A stretch of DNA of 63,146 nt, taken from positions 11,715,880 through 11,779,025 of the forward strand of contig NC_057749.1 in NCBI RefSeq assembly GCF_004010195.1, read 5' to 3'. Of the stretch, positions 1-11,744 are shown piece by piece. Every line of letters starts with the position of its first letter. Within the stretch, counting starts at the first letter, position 1. The notes under the pieces were generated by a model. The model ran no database searches. It was not told the origin of the DNA and worked only from the letters and a program-made list of their open reading frames with translations. Position numbers and translations under genes: made by a program. Source of the stretch: Chiloscyllium plagiosum. Lineage: Eukaryota.

Positions 1-370
1 CTGCCGCTTCTGGTTGTCAGTTCCAGCTGTCCGCTGCAACACTACTATTATAGGACAAGCCAAACAGAGAACATCCAGGGAATTCCTAGAGGCATGGCAC
101 TCATCCACAGATTCAATCAATAAAGCACATTGATCTAGACCAATATACCGGCCACTGCAGCGGACAGCTGGAACTGACAACCGGAAGCGGCAGATTCAAA
201 CCACTACAAATGCAGGAGGAAAGATCACAGAAGCGCTTCACAGGAGGCTCCCAAGCACTGAGGATGTCACCTAGACAGGGGACGAAACGTCTGCAACACC
301 AATTCCCAGCTCGGCGAACAGAACCACAACAACGAGCACCCGAGCTACAAATCATCTCACAAACTTTGAA
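1..370 (+). mobile_element. Penelope-like element (Poseidon-type) 3' end/pLTR with hammerhead motif; bases 1-38 are an inverted copy of 155-192
   Basis: Near-identical to 50841-51170, which follows a PLE RT fragment; ends AAACTTTGAA; hammerhead core at 258-291. Confidence 0.8.
255..294 (+). ncRNA. Minimal type I hammerhead ribozyme motif in PLE pLTR
   Basis: GCA-CTGAGGA-T-GTCACC-TAGACA-GGGGAC-GAAAC-GTC-TGC: CUGANGA and GAAA core boxes, stem II, GUC cleavage triplet, GCA/TGC stem I. Confidence 0.75.
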
Positions 371-2030
371 CCTCTCAACCTTCTTCTCTCCACCGAAAAC
401 AGCATCAGTTCCCTCAGCCTTTCTTCGTAAGACCTTCCTTCCATACCAGGCAACATCCTAGTAAATCTCATCTGAACCATTTCCTAAACTCCCATATCCT
501 TCCTATCATGCGGTGACCAGAACTGTACACAATATTCCAGGTGTGGCCTTACCAGTGTCTTGTACAGCTGAAGCATGATCTCATGGCTCTGGAACTCAAG
601 CCCCCTACCAACAAACATCAACACACCATATGCCCGCTTAACAACCCTATCAACCTGGGTGGCAAGGAATCTATGCACCTGGACACCGAGATCACTCTGT
701 TCAACTACACTGCCAAGAATTTTACCTTTAGCCCAGTACTCTGCATTCCTGTTATTTCTTCCGAAGTGAACTACTTCACGCTTTTCCGCATTAAACTCCA
801 TTTGCCATTTCTCTGCCTAGCTCTGCACCTTATCTAGTCCCTCTGTAACCCACAACATCCTTTGGCACTATCCACAACTCTGCCTACCTTAATGCCATCT
901 GCAAATTTATTAACCCATCCTTCTATGCCCACATCTATATAATTTCTAAAAATGACAAACAGCAGTGGCCCCAAAACAGATCCTTGTGGCACACCACTGG
1001 TAACTGAGCTCCAGGATGAACATTTCCCATCAACCACCACCCTCTGTCTTCTTTCAGCTAGCTAATTTCTGATCCAATTTGCTAAATCGTCTTCAATCCC
1101 AAATCTCTGTATTTTGTGCAATAACCTATCACGTGGAACCTTATCAAATGCCTTACTGAAGTCCATGTACACCACATCAACTGCTTTACCTTCATCCAGC
1201 TGTTTTGTCGCCTTCTCAAAGAACTCAATAAGGTAGTTAGGCACAACCTACCCTTCACAAAACCGCATTGACTATCGCTAATCAAATTATCCCTTTCCAG
1301 ATGATTATAAATCCTATCTCTTATAACCCTTTCTAACACCTTACCCACAACTGAAGTAAGTCTCACTGGCCTATAATTACCAGGGTTGTCTCGACTCTCC
1401 TTCTTAAACAAGGGATCATTTGCTATCCTCCAGTCTTCTGGCACTACTCCTGTCAACAATGATGACATAAAGATTGAAGCCAAAAGCTCTGCAATCTCCT
1501 CCCTGGCTTCCCAGAGAATCCGAGGATAAATCTAATCCAGCCCAGGGGTCTTAACTATTTTCAGATCTTCCAAAATTGCTAAAACCTCCTCATTGTCAAC
1601 TGCAATCCCATCTAATCTAGTAGCCTGTATTTCCGTATTCTCACTAACATTGCCCTTTTCCAACGCGAATACTGATGAAAAATATTCATTAAGTGCTTCC
1701 CCTTTGTCTTCAGATTCCACACACAACTTTCCACCACTATTAGCAAGTTTTGAGAAGATTTGTAGTTCACGTTGAGGTTCTAGATGTAGGTTTGCTCGCT
1801 GAGGTGGAAGGTTCATTTTCAGACGTTTTGTCACCATATTAGGTAACATCTTCAGTAGCCTCCGGACGCAAGGAAGCCCAAACATATAAATAGAAAGCAG
1901 GAAACACCAGCAGTACTTCATCTGGAGGATCACTGAAGATGTTACCTAGTATGGTGACAAAACATCTGAAAATGAACCTTTCAGCCCAGCAAGCAACCCT
2001 ACATCCATTTCCACCGCTATCTTTGATTGG
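371..2030 (-). mobile_element. CR1 LINE ORF2 (RT) fragment, frameshifted, interrupted by PLE insert 1741-2007
   Basis: Fragments PGNYRPVRLTSVVGK, VDVVYMDFSKAFDKVP, GVPQGSVLGPLLF, LYKTLVRPHLEYCVQFWSP. Confidence 0.9.
1741..2007. mobile_element. Inverted pLTR-only PLE derivative with 13-bp TSD
   Basis: TSD TTTCCACCACTAT (1728-1740) / TTTCCACCGCTAT (2008-2020); left arm matches 60241-60370; right arm is its reverse complement; degenerate hammerhead on each strand. Confidence 0.8.
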
Positions 2031-2197
2031 CTAGAGTAAGATTACAGCCATTCTTTTATCCTATGCATCCTAAATCATGCCTCTATGACTATGACTGAAC
2101 TTCATCCAGGCAGCACTGAATGTGTCAAACAGTACTAGCTGATCAGTCATGAAAAGCACATTGCTCAGGGATTCAACACTTATGTTTCATCATTCAG

Positions 2198-2291
2198 GGC
2201 AGCACACTGGATCACCACAGCTCAGAGTCTTCGCAGAATTCCAGTTCCAGTCTGTCTGAGAGGAATATCTTCACAGCCTTCAGTACACAAG
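2198..2291 (+). CDS. ENTREP2: FAM189A1/ENTREP2 internal coding exon (GSTLDHH...NIFTAFSTQ), 94 nt, apparent GC donor
   Basis: Acceptor cattcag; open frame resembling the recalled human segment ending PNTSAGFSTP; phase-1 end needed by the next exon is met only by AAG|GCATGT. Confidence 0.65.
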
Positions 2292-2734
2292 GCATGTAAG
2301 CTGAAGACTGTCTGATTCTTTGTTGGAAGTGGAATTTTTGTTTCCAAGTTGCAGTTTGGTTAGAAAGCTGCTCCAAAGTATGGAGATTATCCAGAACATT
2401 ATATGGAAAACTCAGCTGAGGGAGAATTTGTGAGGAGTTGGGAGAAATTGAGCACAACAAAAACTTGGAGAAAGACTGGACAAATGTAACACCTGCCATT
2501 AACATTATGTTTACACCTAAGATTAACAGATATGATGTCAGTAGAGTTTTTCAAGCAATCAATTTATATTGTGATATTTGAGAACTATAGTGTGTTTGGT
2601 CTTTGCCTTATGTATTGGAGATAATAGCACTCATTGGACTGATTTTGAGATGTTGTATTACCATTACCAGCTTACAAGCCTGCAGTATCCTGTTAGTTGA
2701 TCTCAGCCTGGTCTAATGTTAGAATAAAGAGTTA

Positions 2735-2925
2735 CAGATGCTGAAAATCTAAAACAGAAAAAGAAGTTGCTGGAGAAGAAGAATTCATGCTTTAAGTCCA
2801 GTGAACCTTCTCCAGACCCAAACCCTTCTGAAGAAGGGTCTATTGACTCAAAACATTAACTCTGATTTTGCTCTACAGATGCTGCCAGACTTGATGAGTT
2901 TCTTGCTTAATTTCTGTTTTTGGTC
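2735..2925. mobile_element. Short inverted non-autonomous element (family B) with degenerate hammerhead
   Basis: Arms CAGAAAAAGAAGTTGCTGG... versus ...TTTCTGTTTTTG; same family as 11454-11663 and 58562-58795. Confidence 0.6.
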
Positions 2926-3214
2926 CGCTGTTAACTTTGGTCTTTTCACTAGTCAAGGGCACTATCAGCCAGGGTTCCTGCCCCTGGAGATACTGCTTGT
3001 GTAGAGGATCAGGTGTGGCAGTAACCCCTATGTGGTTGAACAGTTACTCATCCTGGCAGCCTGCACTTTTACCACATGAATGGTAACATGTACAGGTTCC
3101 CGAGGTTGTCAGAGTGCTGATGCAAAGATCAGGAAAAGTGGATAATTCTTTCTTGATGTATTTCAATAGGGTTATAGATGTATAAATGTTTAAATATTCC
3201 TCTTCCCTTTTCAG

Positions 3215-3712
3215 TGCCTGTGGACAATGTCTTGCTGACATTGTGTGAATCTGCTGATATCCTAGAACAAAATGGCATGTCCATGGATTGCTGTTCAGTT
3301 GAAATTCAGGAATCTGTACACTCTGCAGCCAGTGTGATACCTGCCACAACCACAGACCATGGTTGCACCAGTTTGGAGGCTGATATTGGGGGGCAATGCA
3401 GGACTTATTCAGAAAGTTTCTGTGAGGAGGGAAACAATTCACCAGATCTGTCACTGGGCTCTGTAAGCTGGCAAGAGCACAGATTGTCAGAATGTTCTGC
3501 AGTGAGTTCCAACACAGTGGAGAAAATCCTCCAAACACCATCCCAGGCCTGCACTTTATCACTCAAACAAATTAAAATGTGCTGTGGAGTCTTCAGGCAG
3601 TCCTCATCTGCCACTGTGCCTGACAGAGTCAGGCGACCCGCTCAACAGAAGACTGGTGGGAACAGAATAATCCGATCTAGTAGTGATCCTGCCTCCTGCA
3701 CGTCTACAAAAG
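3215..3712 (+). CDS. ENTREP2: FAM189A1/ENTREP2 coding exon (VPVDNVLL...RIIRSSSDPASCTSTK)
   Basis: Acceptor tcttcccttttcag, donor AG|gtaaac, phase 1-1; RSSSDP motif matches recalled human RVSRSTSDPTLCTS. Confidence 0.85.
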
Positions 3713-4199
3713 GTAAACATCTGGCTTTTAGAAAGGAGAGACTTCAATGATTCACACTAATTATAATCCCATTTCCAATTATGCCCAGAAAGCTATTGTT
3801 TTATAGTAATTGCCAAACTATGTAATCTTCATATGATTTTTGTGGTGATGAGATGAAATTGAAACTACATGAAGTGTCTTTCCAAATATTGAAAATTTCC
3901 CCTTTATTCCTCCCATTAATGTGTGCCATTTGCAGCATAGGAGTAGCAGGAGACCATTTCAGTGTCTCAAGCCTGTTTCATCGATCAATAATGACTGTGA
4001 TTATTGCTCCATTTTTCTGGAGACCCTTATTCAACCAAATGTCAGTTTTGAAAATTCCAATCGATGCCCAGTCCCAGTGGTTTTTTGGAAAAGATCATTT
4101 GAGATTTCCACAACCCTTTGTGTGAAGATATGCTTTCTGACTTCTCTTCTTCCTGTTTTCCTTAAACACTTCAATTAGCTGAGAATATAAATTGAGGGA

Positions 4200-5270
4200 G
4201 AGATATAAATATTGTTGCTGGTACTACAGGCTATTTTATACAATCACCAAGAATAGAACTGGACTGGCCAGAATGGAATCAAAGGATGAGGAAAAACTGT
4301 AACTGAACAATGGGCTACCTTCAAAGAAAAGATTATTTGGGGACTACTAAAGTATATTCCCTTCAAAGGGACAAACAAATCCAGAGCTCCCTGGATGATA
4401 ATGAAGATAGAAATAAAGAAAAAAGTGTACTTACGACAGCTGTTAGGTCGTACAGCAAACCTTTTATTATCCAACACCTACAGGATTAGAAATGTACTGG
4501 TTGATCAATTATTCCAGTTGAGCAAGAAGTCTGCATAATCAATGTACAAACACACTATGTAATAGAAATGCAGGGGACATACACACCACTGTTATACTTT
4601 ATTCACAGCATAAATTACCTACACAATCAACCTTCCCTTAAATAAAACTTAGCAGCAGAGAGCCTTTTCACTTACACCCTCAACTGACTACTTGGACGTT
4701 GCGAGATCGCAATAAAATAGTAAATTTTCGGTATTTGAGGGATACAATTTTTGCCAGTTTAATTGAGAGTGCCGGTTCATAAGGTGCCAATTAAAAAAAG
4801 GTTAATGTAAATACAATTGAGAACCAAACTGAACACAGAAGGTTCAGAAAGGAGTAAAAAAGGAAACACAAAGAAGAAAAGAGGGATTTTGAGAAAAGAC
4901 TGACAGTTAAAATACAAGCAAATCCTAAGGTCTTTCATAAGCAATCATAAGGGGAGGGGGTGGTAGGGCAGATTATAGATCAAGAAGGAGATTTGCACAC
5001 GGAGGCAAGAGTCATGACTGAGTGTTATTTTAATACTTTGAATCTGTTTTTACCTATGAAACCCAACAATAACAGACTAGTCAGTTTAACTTCAGTGTGG
5101 AGAAATTACTAGCAAGAATTGTTCAGGGCTGGATTAATAATCACATGGAAAAATATGGGCTTATCTGAAATAGTCAACATGGATTTCTAAAGAGAGCATT
5201 GTGTTCAATTTACTGAACTTTATTGAAGAAGTAACTGAGTTGAGGTGGCTGCTGCTGGTGAAAGTCAGTA
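4200..5270 (+). mobile_element. Old degenerate CR1 ORF2 fragments
   Basis: CR1-like segments (AGTCAGTTTAACTTCAGT, AGTCAACATGGATTT), interrupted by a MITE. Confidence 0.55.
4453..4807. mobile_element. Degenerate Tc1/mariner (Tigger/pogo-like) MITE
   Basis: TA|CAGCAAACCTTTTATTATCCAACACC ... GGTGCCAATTAAAAAAAGGTTAATG|TA; imperfect TIRs with TA flanks. Confidence 0.55.
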
Positions 5271-5364
5271 AGAGTTGAATTTGTTGACCAATAAGAATGT
5301 TAGAAGTTAGAATGTCAGTCACTCGATTATATACCTCTGACAAATATACACTTATATCTTTTGC

Positions 5365-5850
5365 ACTTCCAGGGTAAATACAGTATGGTTAAATACACTG
5401 TCACCCACTCCCAGGACAGGTACATCATGAGATTAGATATTGAGTAAAGACCATTTTAAACTGAAAGTAAAGCTCTCTCTGCACTGTTCGCATCAACTCT
5501 CAAGATAGATACTGCACTGGGTTAAACTCAGAGTAAAGTTTCCACTGCTCTTTTAAACTGAACGCAAAGCTCTTTCTACACTGTCCCCATCAAACACTCC
5601 CATGATAGGGTCAGCAGGGCTGGATACAGAGAATAGAAACCCTCTACTTTGTAAAACTGAAAGTAATGCAATCTCTACTCTTTTAACTGAAAATAAAGCT
5701 TTCTGTATACTATCCTATTAATCACTCCCAAGACAGTTAGAGCACATAGTCAGTTACACAGTAAAGCACCATCTACACAGACCCAGAACACAAGGTTAGA
5801 TACAGCAAAAAGGACCCTCTACACTGTCAAACATTCCTACGGCCGGTGGA
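5365..5850 (+). repeat. Composite minisatellite cluster 1 (~66-bp plus ~31-bp units)
   Basis: Recurrent TACACTGTCCCCATCAAACACTCCC..GGTTAGATACAGAGTAAAGCT and CTCTTTTAAACTGAAAGTAAAG; also at 12845-13390 and 36984-37325. Confidence 0.85.
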
Positions 5851-6069
5851 ATGTGTTGGATTATGTGCATGTACTTTTATGTTCTAAGTGAGCTTTGCCT
5901 AATTCACATGCTTCATACAATACATAAGCATTCAGATTCCTAGCCTGAACACAATCTCCTCTATGCTTTATAAAGCAACCAAAGAGAGGCACCTATATTA
6001 TAGAATAAAAAAGCAGTCAACATTGCTGTTCTGATCTGGCAGTGCTGGTTCTTTGAACGAGCTCATCAA

Positions 6070-6485
6070 GTTACATAGAAAATAGGTGCAGGAGCAGGCC
6101 ATTCGACCCTTTGAGCCTGCACCACCATTCAATGTTATCATGGCTGATCATGCAATTTCAGTATCCACTCTCACTTTCTCTCCATCCCCCGTGATCCCTT
6201 TAGACACAAGGGCCATATCCAACTCCCTCTTGAATATATCTAATGAACTGACCCCAGTAGCTTTCTGTGGTACAGACTTCCACAGGTTTGCAATTCTCTG
6301 AGTGAAGAAACTTTCCTTATCTCAGGCCTGAATGGCTTACCCCTTATTCTTAAAATGTGACCCCTAGTTTTGTACTTCCCCAACATCGAGAACATGATTT
6401 CCGCACCTAGCTTGTCCAGTCCCATCAGGACTTTATGTTTCTATGAGATCCCCCCACATGCTTCTAAATTCCAGTGAGTACAAGC
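6070..6485 (-). mobile_element. CR1 LINE 3' end fragment
   Basis: TRGHILRIRGKPFRPEIRK C-terminal peptide and CR1 3'UTR. Confidence 0.75.
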
Positions 6486-7104
6486 TCAGTGCAAGTTCCC
6501 CTTAGAATCGAGAAAGTTAAGGGGAAACTTAACAGAACTATTCAAAGTTCTGCATAGTTTTAATCGTGTAACTTTGAGAAATTGAGCAGGTGTATGGGAA
6601 TAGGGTGTTACTGATGTATTGCTGTGTGGGAGAAACTTATGATTGTCTGTAGTGCATATCAAATTCCAAATTAAACCCCAAATGCCAGGAGATCTGCTAC
6701 CACTTTGGAAGGTGGGGCTGGAGGGTTGCACTGTTTGAAGTGGGGAGAGCAGACACATCCTATAGGGTACCAGTATAGTCCAATTCTTTTCAGCTCTGTC
6801 CCTCAAGGGGGCTGCATAGACAAGCCTAGCCACTTTGAGGCAGTCCAGCATGACCTCCCACATCAAGTTCCATACATAGTAGTTAAGGCCTTGTCACACA
6901 GAACAAACAGGTAACAATGGTCACAATGAGCATAAATCCTTTCACCAGGGCTTCTGCTCTCTAGAGGATGATTCTGTCTTGAGCAGTGACCTTACTTTTC
7001 CAGATTCTGTCCAGCCTATAATCCAGGGATAATATTTGCAGATGAATTGCTTTTGCATCTGGCCTTCAAAGCTGCTTTATTAACTGTTTGCCCTTGTCCC
7101 TCAG

Positions 7105-7427
7105 CTCATTATCATGAACTTCATTTTGTCACTTTGAGCCATCTTGCCAAACGTTTCCAGTCGATAAAACAGCAGAGTTACATGGTGAAGATGGATGGGC
7201 ACGGAGAGCAGCAAGCACTGCAGGAAGTCTCTAGGGAGCGACCCCACTCTCTTGTTGACCTGAAAGCCTACAAGGACACAAAAATATTGGTGGCTAAATT
7301 CTTGCAGCATTCAAACTGCAACCTTGCTCCTGAGGTACAACATATAATCAACAGCATCCGATCTGTCATCAGGTTAGATGAGCAACACATGGAGGAAGCT
7401 ATTTATAGTGCCAACATCATTGACCAG
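7105..7427 (+). CDS. ENTREP2: FAM189A1/ENTREP2 penultimate coding exon (..ERPHSLVDLKAYKDTKILVAKFL..SANIIDQ)
   Basis: TTAAC branch, polypyrimidine tract and cag acceptor; donor CAG|gtaggt; strong resemblance to recalled human [26 protein letters not shown]. Confidence 0.9.
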
Positions 7428-7716
7428 GTAGGTGATGCTACTGCATCTAGTTCCAGGCCTGACTGTGTTCATATCACCTTGCTCAGCCTTTATTATAATA
7501 ACGTTATGAACTTCTCAGTAATGGTTAGGAACCTGCAGCTTATAATGGAGTTGGCTTAATGTAGATGTTTGTCTGCTGCTGCTCCCTCATGGAGCGATGG
7601 CCCTCTCCCACAAATAGCTGAATGGCTATGCCCATGTTAAATGGGACAAGATGGAAGTGTGGGCCCCTCACCCTACTGACAACATTCAAATTACTCTGTT
7701 TTCTTATCCCTGGCAG

Positions 7717-7902
7717 GTGATGACAAGTTCTCAACCAATGAATGTGATAAGTTTGCGATTACAGGAGAATCTTCACCTTCTTAGCTGTGGTGATGTCAGC
7801 TCACCAACAGCTTCAGTATGGACTGTCCAAGTAGACCACAGATTTGAACATGAGCAGCCACAGTTTAGTTTGATAGATGTGTGCAAAGAGACAATTCTGT
7901 GA
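7717..7902 (+). CDS. ENTREP2: FAM189A1/ENTREP2 last coding exon, ends ..SLIDVCKETIL*
   Basis: Acceptor ttttcttatccctggcag, phase 0, in frame; C-terminus resembles the ET-x-L end of FAM189 paralogues. Confidence 0.75.
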   Translation: MMTSSQPMNVISLRLQENLHLLSCGDVSSPTASVWTVQVDHRFEHEQPQFSLIDVCKETIL

Positions 7903-8009
7903 GACCTGCTGTGTGGATTGTGCCATTTCAGATTAAAAGAATGTGGACAGGCAAGGGACAGATTGGTCTACATTCAAACTTGGAGCTAAATATCAACTTT
8001 CCTAAGGTC

Positions 8010-8290
8010 AGCACAGTGGCTCAATGCTGCTACACAATGCCAGGGACCTGGATTTGATTCCAATCTCGGGCAACTACCTGTGTGGAGTTTGCACACTCTC
8101 CGCCTGTCTCTGTGGGTTTCCTCCAGATGCTCCAGTTTCCTCCCACAGTCCAAAGATGTGCAAGTTAGATGGACTGGCCATGGGAAATGTAGGGATAGGG
8201 TAGGGGGGTGGGTCTGAGTGGGATGTTCTTCGGAGGGTCGGTGTAGCCCTGATGGGTGGAAGAGCCTGCTTCCACACTGTAGGGATTCAT
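8010..8290 (+). mobile_element. HE1-like V-SINE in ENTREP2 3'UTR
   Basis: tRNA-like head; V-domain TGTGTGGAGTTTGCAC..GGGTTTCCTCC..CCTCCCACAGTCCAAAGATGTGC. Confidence 0.85.
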
Positions 8291-9102
8291 ATAAAGATAT
8301 AGAATTCCTCTTGGAAGAAGATAGATAGATTTTTCAAATATTCCCTATGATTGTGAAAACTGGAAGAAGTTTTAAAACATTGGATAAATTGTTGCCCTGA
8401 CACTTGTCTACATGGGATGTATGCCTGACCATTTGCAGTGTTTTGATAAAATTATTTATAATGTATTGCTGCTGACTGATTATGAGGTTAAGATGATTAT
8501 ACTGTCTGGGCCTGTTAGTGAATAACCCCAGTAACTTGCCATTCTTCCAGAACTGCACCTGCTCCAACTTGCAGCAACTCAAGTTATTTCGCTGATTGTA
8601 AGGACATGACAGAACTGGTAACACTTTCCAGGATGTCCTGAGTTAGTCCTTCAGCTATTTGAGAACCATTTGAGACAATGAAAATGCTGAAGTGGAATTA
8701 TTCTTAAACTGAGACCAGTTACCCTCAGTTAGCACACGACTGGACTTAAAATGCATGATAAAGTTTAAACGTTTGTGCCTGTCATCTTGCTTGTGTGCCA
8801 AAGCTCACAAAGAGCTCATGAAGAGTTGAATAAACTAATGGTTCAAAGGATCCAGGGAGATGATCACTGACACATCCTAATATATCAGTTCCCTGGTGTT
8901 GCCTCCTTTCATTTGCAAATCCAGACTTGTGGGTGAGAAGGCCAGAAACAGGCATAGCCCAATGACTTCTACTTGTGTTCAAAATCACGAAAGAACAAAA
9001 TACCAGCCTCATGATTGTGACTCATTCATCAATCATTGAACAACTGCAATATTGCTGTTCTAAGATGTATTCAATATTAATATATTTTAACATTATATGG
9101 AA

Positions 9103-9108
9103 AATAAA
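9103..9108 (+). promoter_or_regulatory. Candidate polyadenylation signal for ENTREP2
   Basis: AATAAA at the end of an AT-rich 3'UTR-like stretch. Confidence 0.5.
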
Positions 9109-9293
9109 TATAAAATATAAACTGTCCTTGAGATAGCCACCTAATAGTGAATGAAAACAAAATATCTCATGTGAGGAGCCCTGGCCATGTTTAGGTTTTT
9201 AATATTTGACTCATTAATCAATAACAGAATCTGAGGAGGGCTGAACTAAGCATCTGTTGTATCAGAGTTTGACTAAAATATTAAATTGCCACA

Positions 9294-9299
9294 TTTATT
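9294..9299 (-). promoter_or_regulatory. Candidate polyadenylation signal for APBA2
   Basis: Minus-strand AATAAA (plus TTTATT) followed by U-rich sequence; an alternative lies at 10076-10081. Confidence 0.5.
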
Positions 9300-10480
9300 T
9301 TTCTGTATTTCTTTGTAAACTGAGTTGAATCGTATGGATTAAAGACAAACTTTGTGTATGGTCCAGAAAATAAATGGTACTGTTACCGCCCCACATCTGT
9401 ATCTCTGTGCAGTTCCAAAGAATTGTTATTGGAGTCAAAACTTTAACTCTGTTTCTCTCTCTAAAGATACTGCTAGACCTCTTGAATTTTTCCAGCACCT
9501 TTGATTTTTATTTCAGTATTTGGGAGAGGCGCAGATAAAACAGATATAACCAGCCCAGTTCAGGTATTACCTACTTTTATGAAAAAGAATGAGTCTGGAT
9601 TTTCCTATTGTCTTCTCAAGTGATCCACAGCTGTTCACATTGTTTATTTCACATTCTGTATTCTTGATGCAATCTCATGCACTAGCCAAGAAGACATTGC
9701 AGGATCTGCAGCTGCACCAACTCATCTCCAAGTGGAGTAACATGATGGGAAAAAGACAAACTAACATTTAGCCTCTAGTGCTAGTACAGCATTTCAAGAT
9801 ACAAATACAAAGACTCTAATATTATCAACTCACTCACCAGCAACACAACACGCGCTGCACAAATACGGGCTATGCCGGTAACTGTTGTTCATCAATGATA
9901 ACAGAACTATCTGTTACATTCCAACTGGGCTAAATGCACAAAGATAACACTGGTAAGAAAGTTCAAAGCAGTGGGTGTCACTGCGAACTGCACTGTCAGA
10001 GATTTCTCTGTAAACTCGTTACTAATAGCAACAATGGCTGTCTTTATCTGACATTCAGCACTGGACATTCAATTATTTATTGCACACCAACATCATGTTA
10101 AAGTGACACTGTCACTAACTTGTGAAAGAACTTGGTTCAACTTATATAAAATGCAAAATATTTGTTTTTAGAGAAGAGAAAGAGCCTGTTTCTTCTCTCA
10201 ATGGAAATGGTGCGGAGTCTAGTGTGGAATGACAGAGCAGAAATACACGCATTCCCAGAGACACAGATATGCACACACACAGACATAAACCCTCTCTCGT
10301 ACACACACACTCACTCACACTCACACATAATCACAAGAAAGAAAACAGACATGCACACACCCATGCAATATGGGAGGCACTGACACTGTCTTCATTCCAC
10401 TGATCACCTCTTCCCAGCACAAAATGTTCAGCTGATCTGCTGGAAGTCCATTGAGCAGATGAACCCATTTCTTCACAAAG

Positions 10481-10552
10481 TTAGATGTACAATGGTGTTT
10501 CTTGTCCAGTTAGGAGTCTAAACATGGCAGCTGGCATTGTCTTCATGTGTAT
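10481..10552 (-). CDS. APBA2: APBA2 coding exon 12 (IHMKTMPAAMFRLLTGQETPLYI*)
   Basis: Acceptor ttttag; matches recalled Mint2 C-terminus; TAA stop. Confidence 0.97.
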   Translation of the reverse strand: MHMKTMPAAMFRLLTGQETPLYI

Positions 10553-11453
10553 CTAAAATTATTAAAAATTTAGTAATTAAAAATTCCAACTTTCTCAAAA
10601 GCATATATACTTATTGAGTGCAGCAGCTAGAGGCAGTGACAACTGAAGCTTGATGATGTGCAGTTTAAACATGAATGGATCCCTCATGCCATTGCGATTT
10701 GTTGATTCATTAGTGACAGAAATACTGTCATGTGGTTCTTTATCCATCAATATTCTTGAATACATGTCAAGTAAGTAAACAATGCTTTTGATCATTCAGA
10801 AAGTGAGTGCTGTCAAGAAAACTGTAAGGATCTTTCTGGCTTCAGGCTGAGCAGAACTCAGTATTTTAAGATTGTTTTAAATGTAAAACAAAGTCTAATA
10901 GCTGATCATTCAAACAAGATAAAGAGGATAAGAAGCATTTACATTGTAACCTGAAATAATGTCAAAGCTCAGCCCTACTGATTTCACGAAATTGCACTTT
11001 CTAAGAGAATACAAGAGAACCAGAAGTAGGACACTTATTCTGTTTAATCACTTTGACCATTCCATAAGATCATATCCGAATTGCAATAGAACCACACACA
11101 CTCTCACTCACCCTATTTCTATTTATACCTTTAAGATTTCTTTTACTAACAAACAAACTTAAAATTTACAATTGATCTGCCAACAAATATTATTTACGGA
11201 AGAGAGTTTGAAATTCCTTCCACCCTTTCAGACGTCAGTTTCCTGTTTTCACAACTAAAAGGTTTGGCTCTAATGTTTGTACTATGTTCTCTAATCAGCA
11301 GAAATTGTTCCTCTTTCCACAGGCTCTGCTGTCCTTAATATCTTGACAACTTTGATCAAAACACACATGAACTTCTAAATTCCAGGAAATGCAATTCTTT
11401 TTCTGATAAATTCAGGTTACACTCCCAACAAGGCCAATATATCTTTCTAAAGG

Positions 11454-11663
11454 CACTCAAATAGAAACTGATGGAAAAACTCAACAGATCTGGCAGTATC
11501 TGTGAAGAGCAATCAGAGGCGTTGCTGAGAAAGGGTCACCGGATCTGAAATGTTAACTCTCATGTCTCTCCACAGATGCTGCTAGATCTGCTGAGCTTTT
11601 CCAGCAACTTCTGTTTGTGTTTCTGACTTATAGCATCGGCAGTTCTTTCAGTTTTTATTCAGC
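11454..11663. mobile_element. Inverted short element (family B) with 13-bp TSD and degenerate hammerhead
   Basis: TSD ATCTTTCTAAAGG (11441-11453) / ATCTTTCCAAAGG (11664-11676); CTGAGAAAGGGTCACCGGATCTGAAATGTTAA. Confidence 0.7.
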
Positions 11664-11744
11664 ATCTTTCCAAAGGGGTGGTTTCCAAAACTGCTCACGG
11701 TAACTTCAGGGCTGTGTATTAATATACATGATTTTTATCCCAAG

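Noticed and set aside
2953..3110. Possible ENTREP2 exon after cttttcactag
   Set aside because: No recognisable homology and no convincing phase-compatible donor
3044..3614. Antisense ORFs (172 aa, 69 aa)
   Set aside because: Shadows of the ENTREP2 exon
6794..6910. Possible extra 117-nt ENTREP2 exon (ttttcag ... CAG|gtaaca)
   Set aside because: In the required phase 1 it hits TAG after eight codons, and flanking exons join in frame without it; a poison exon cannot be excluded
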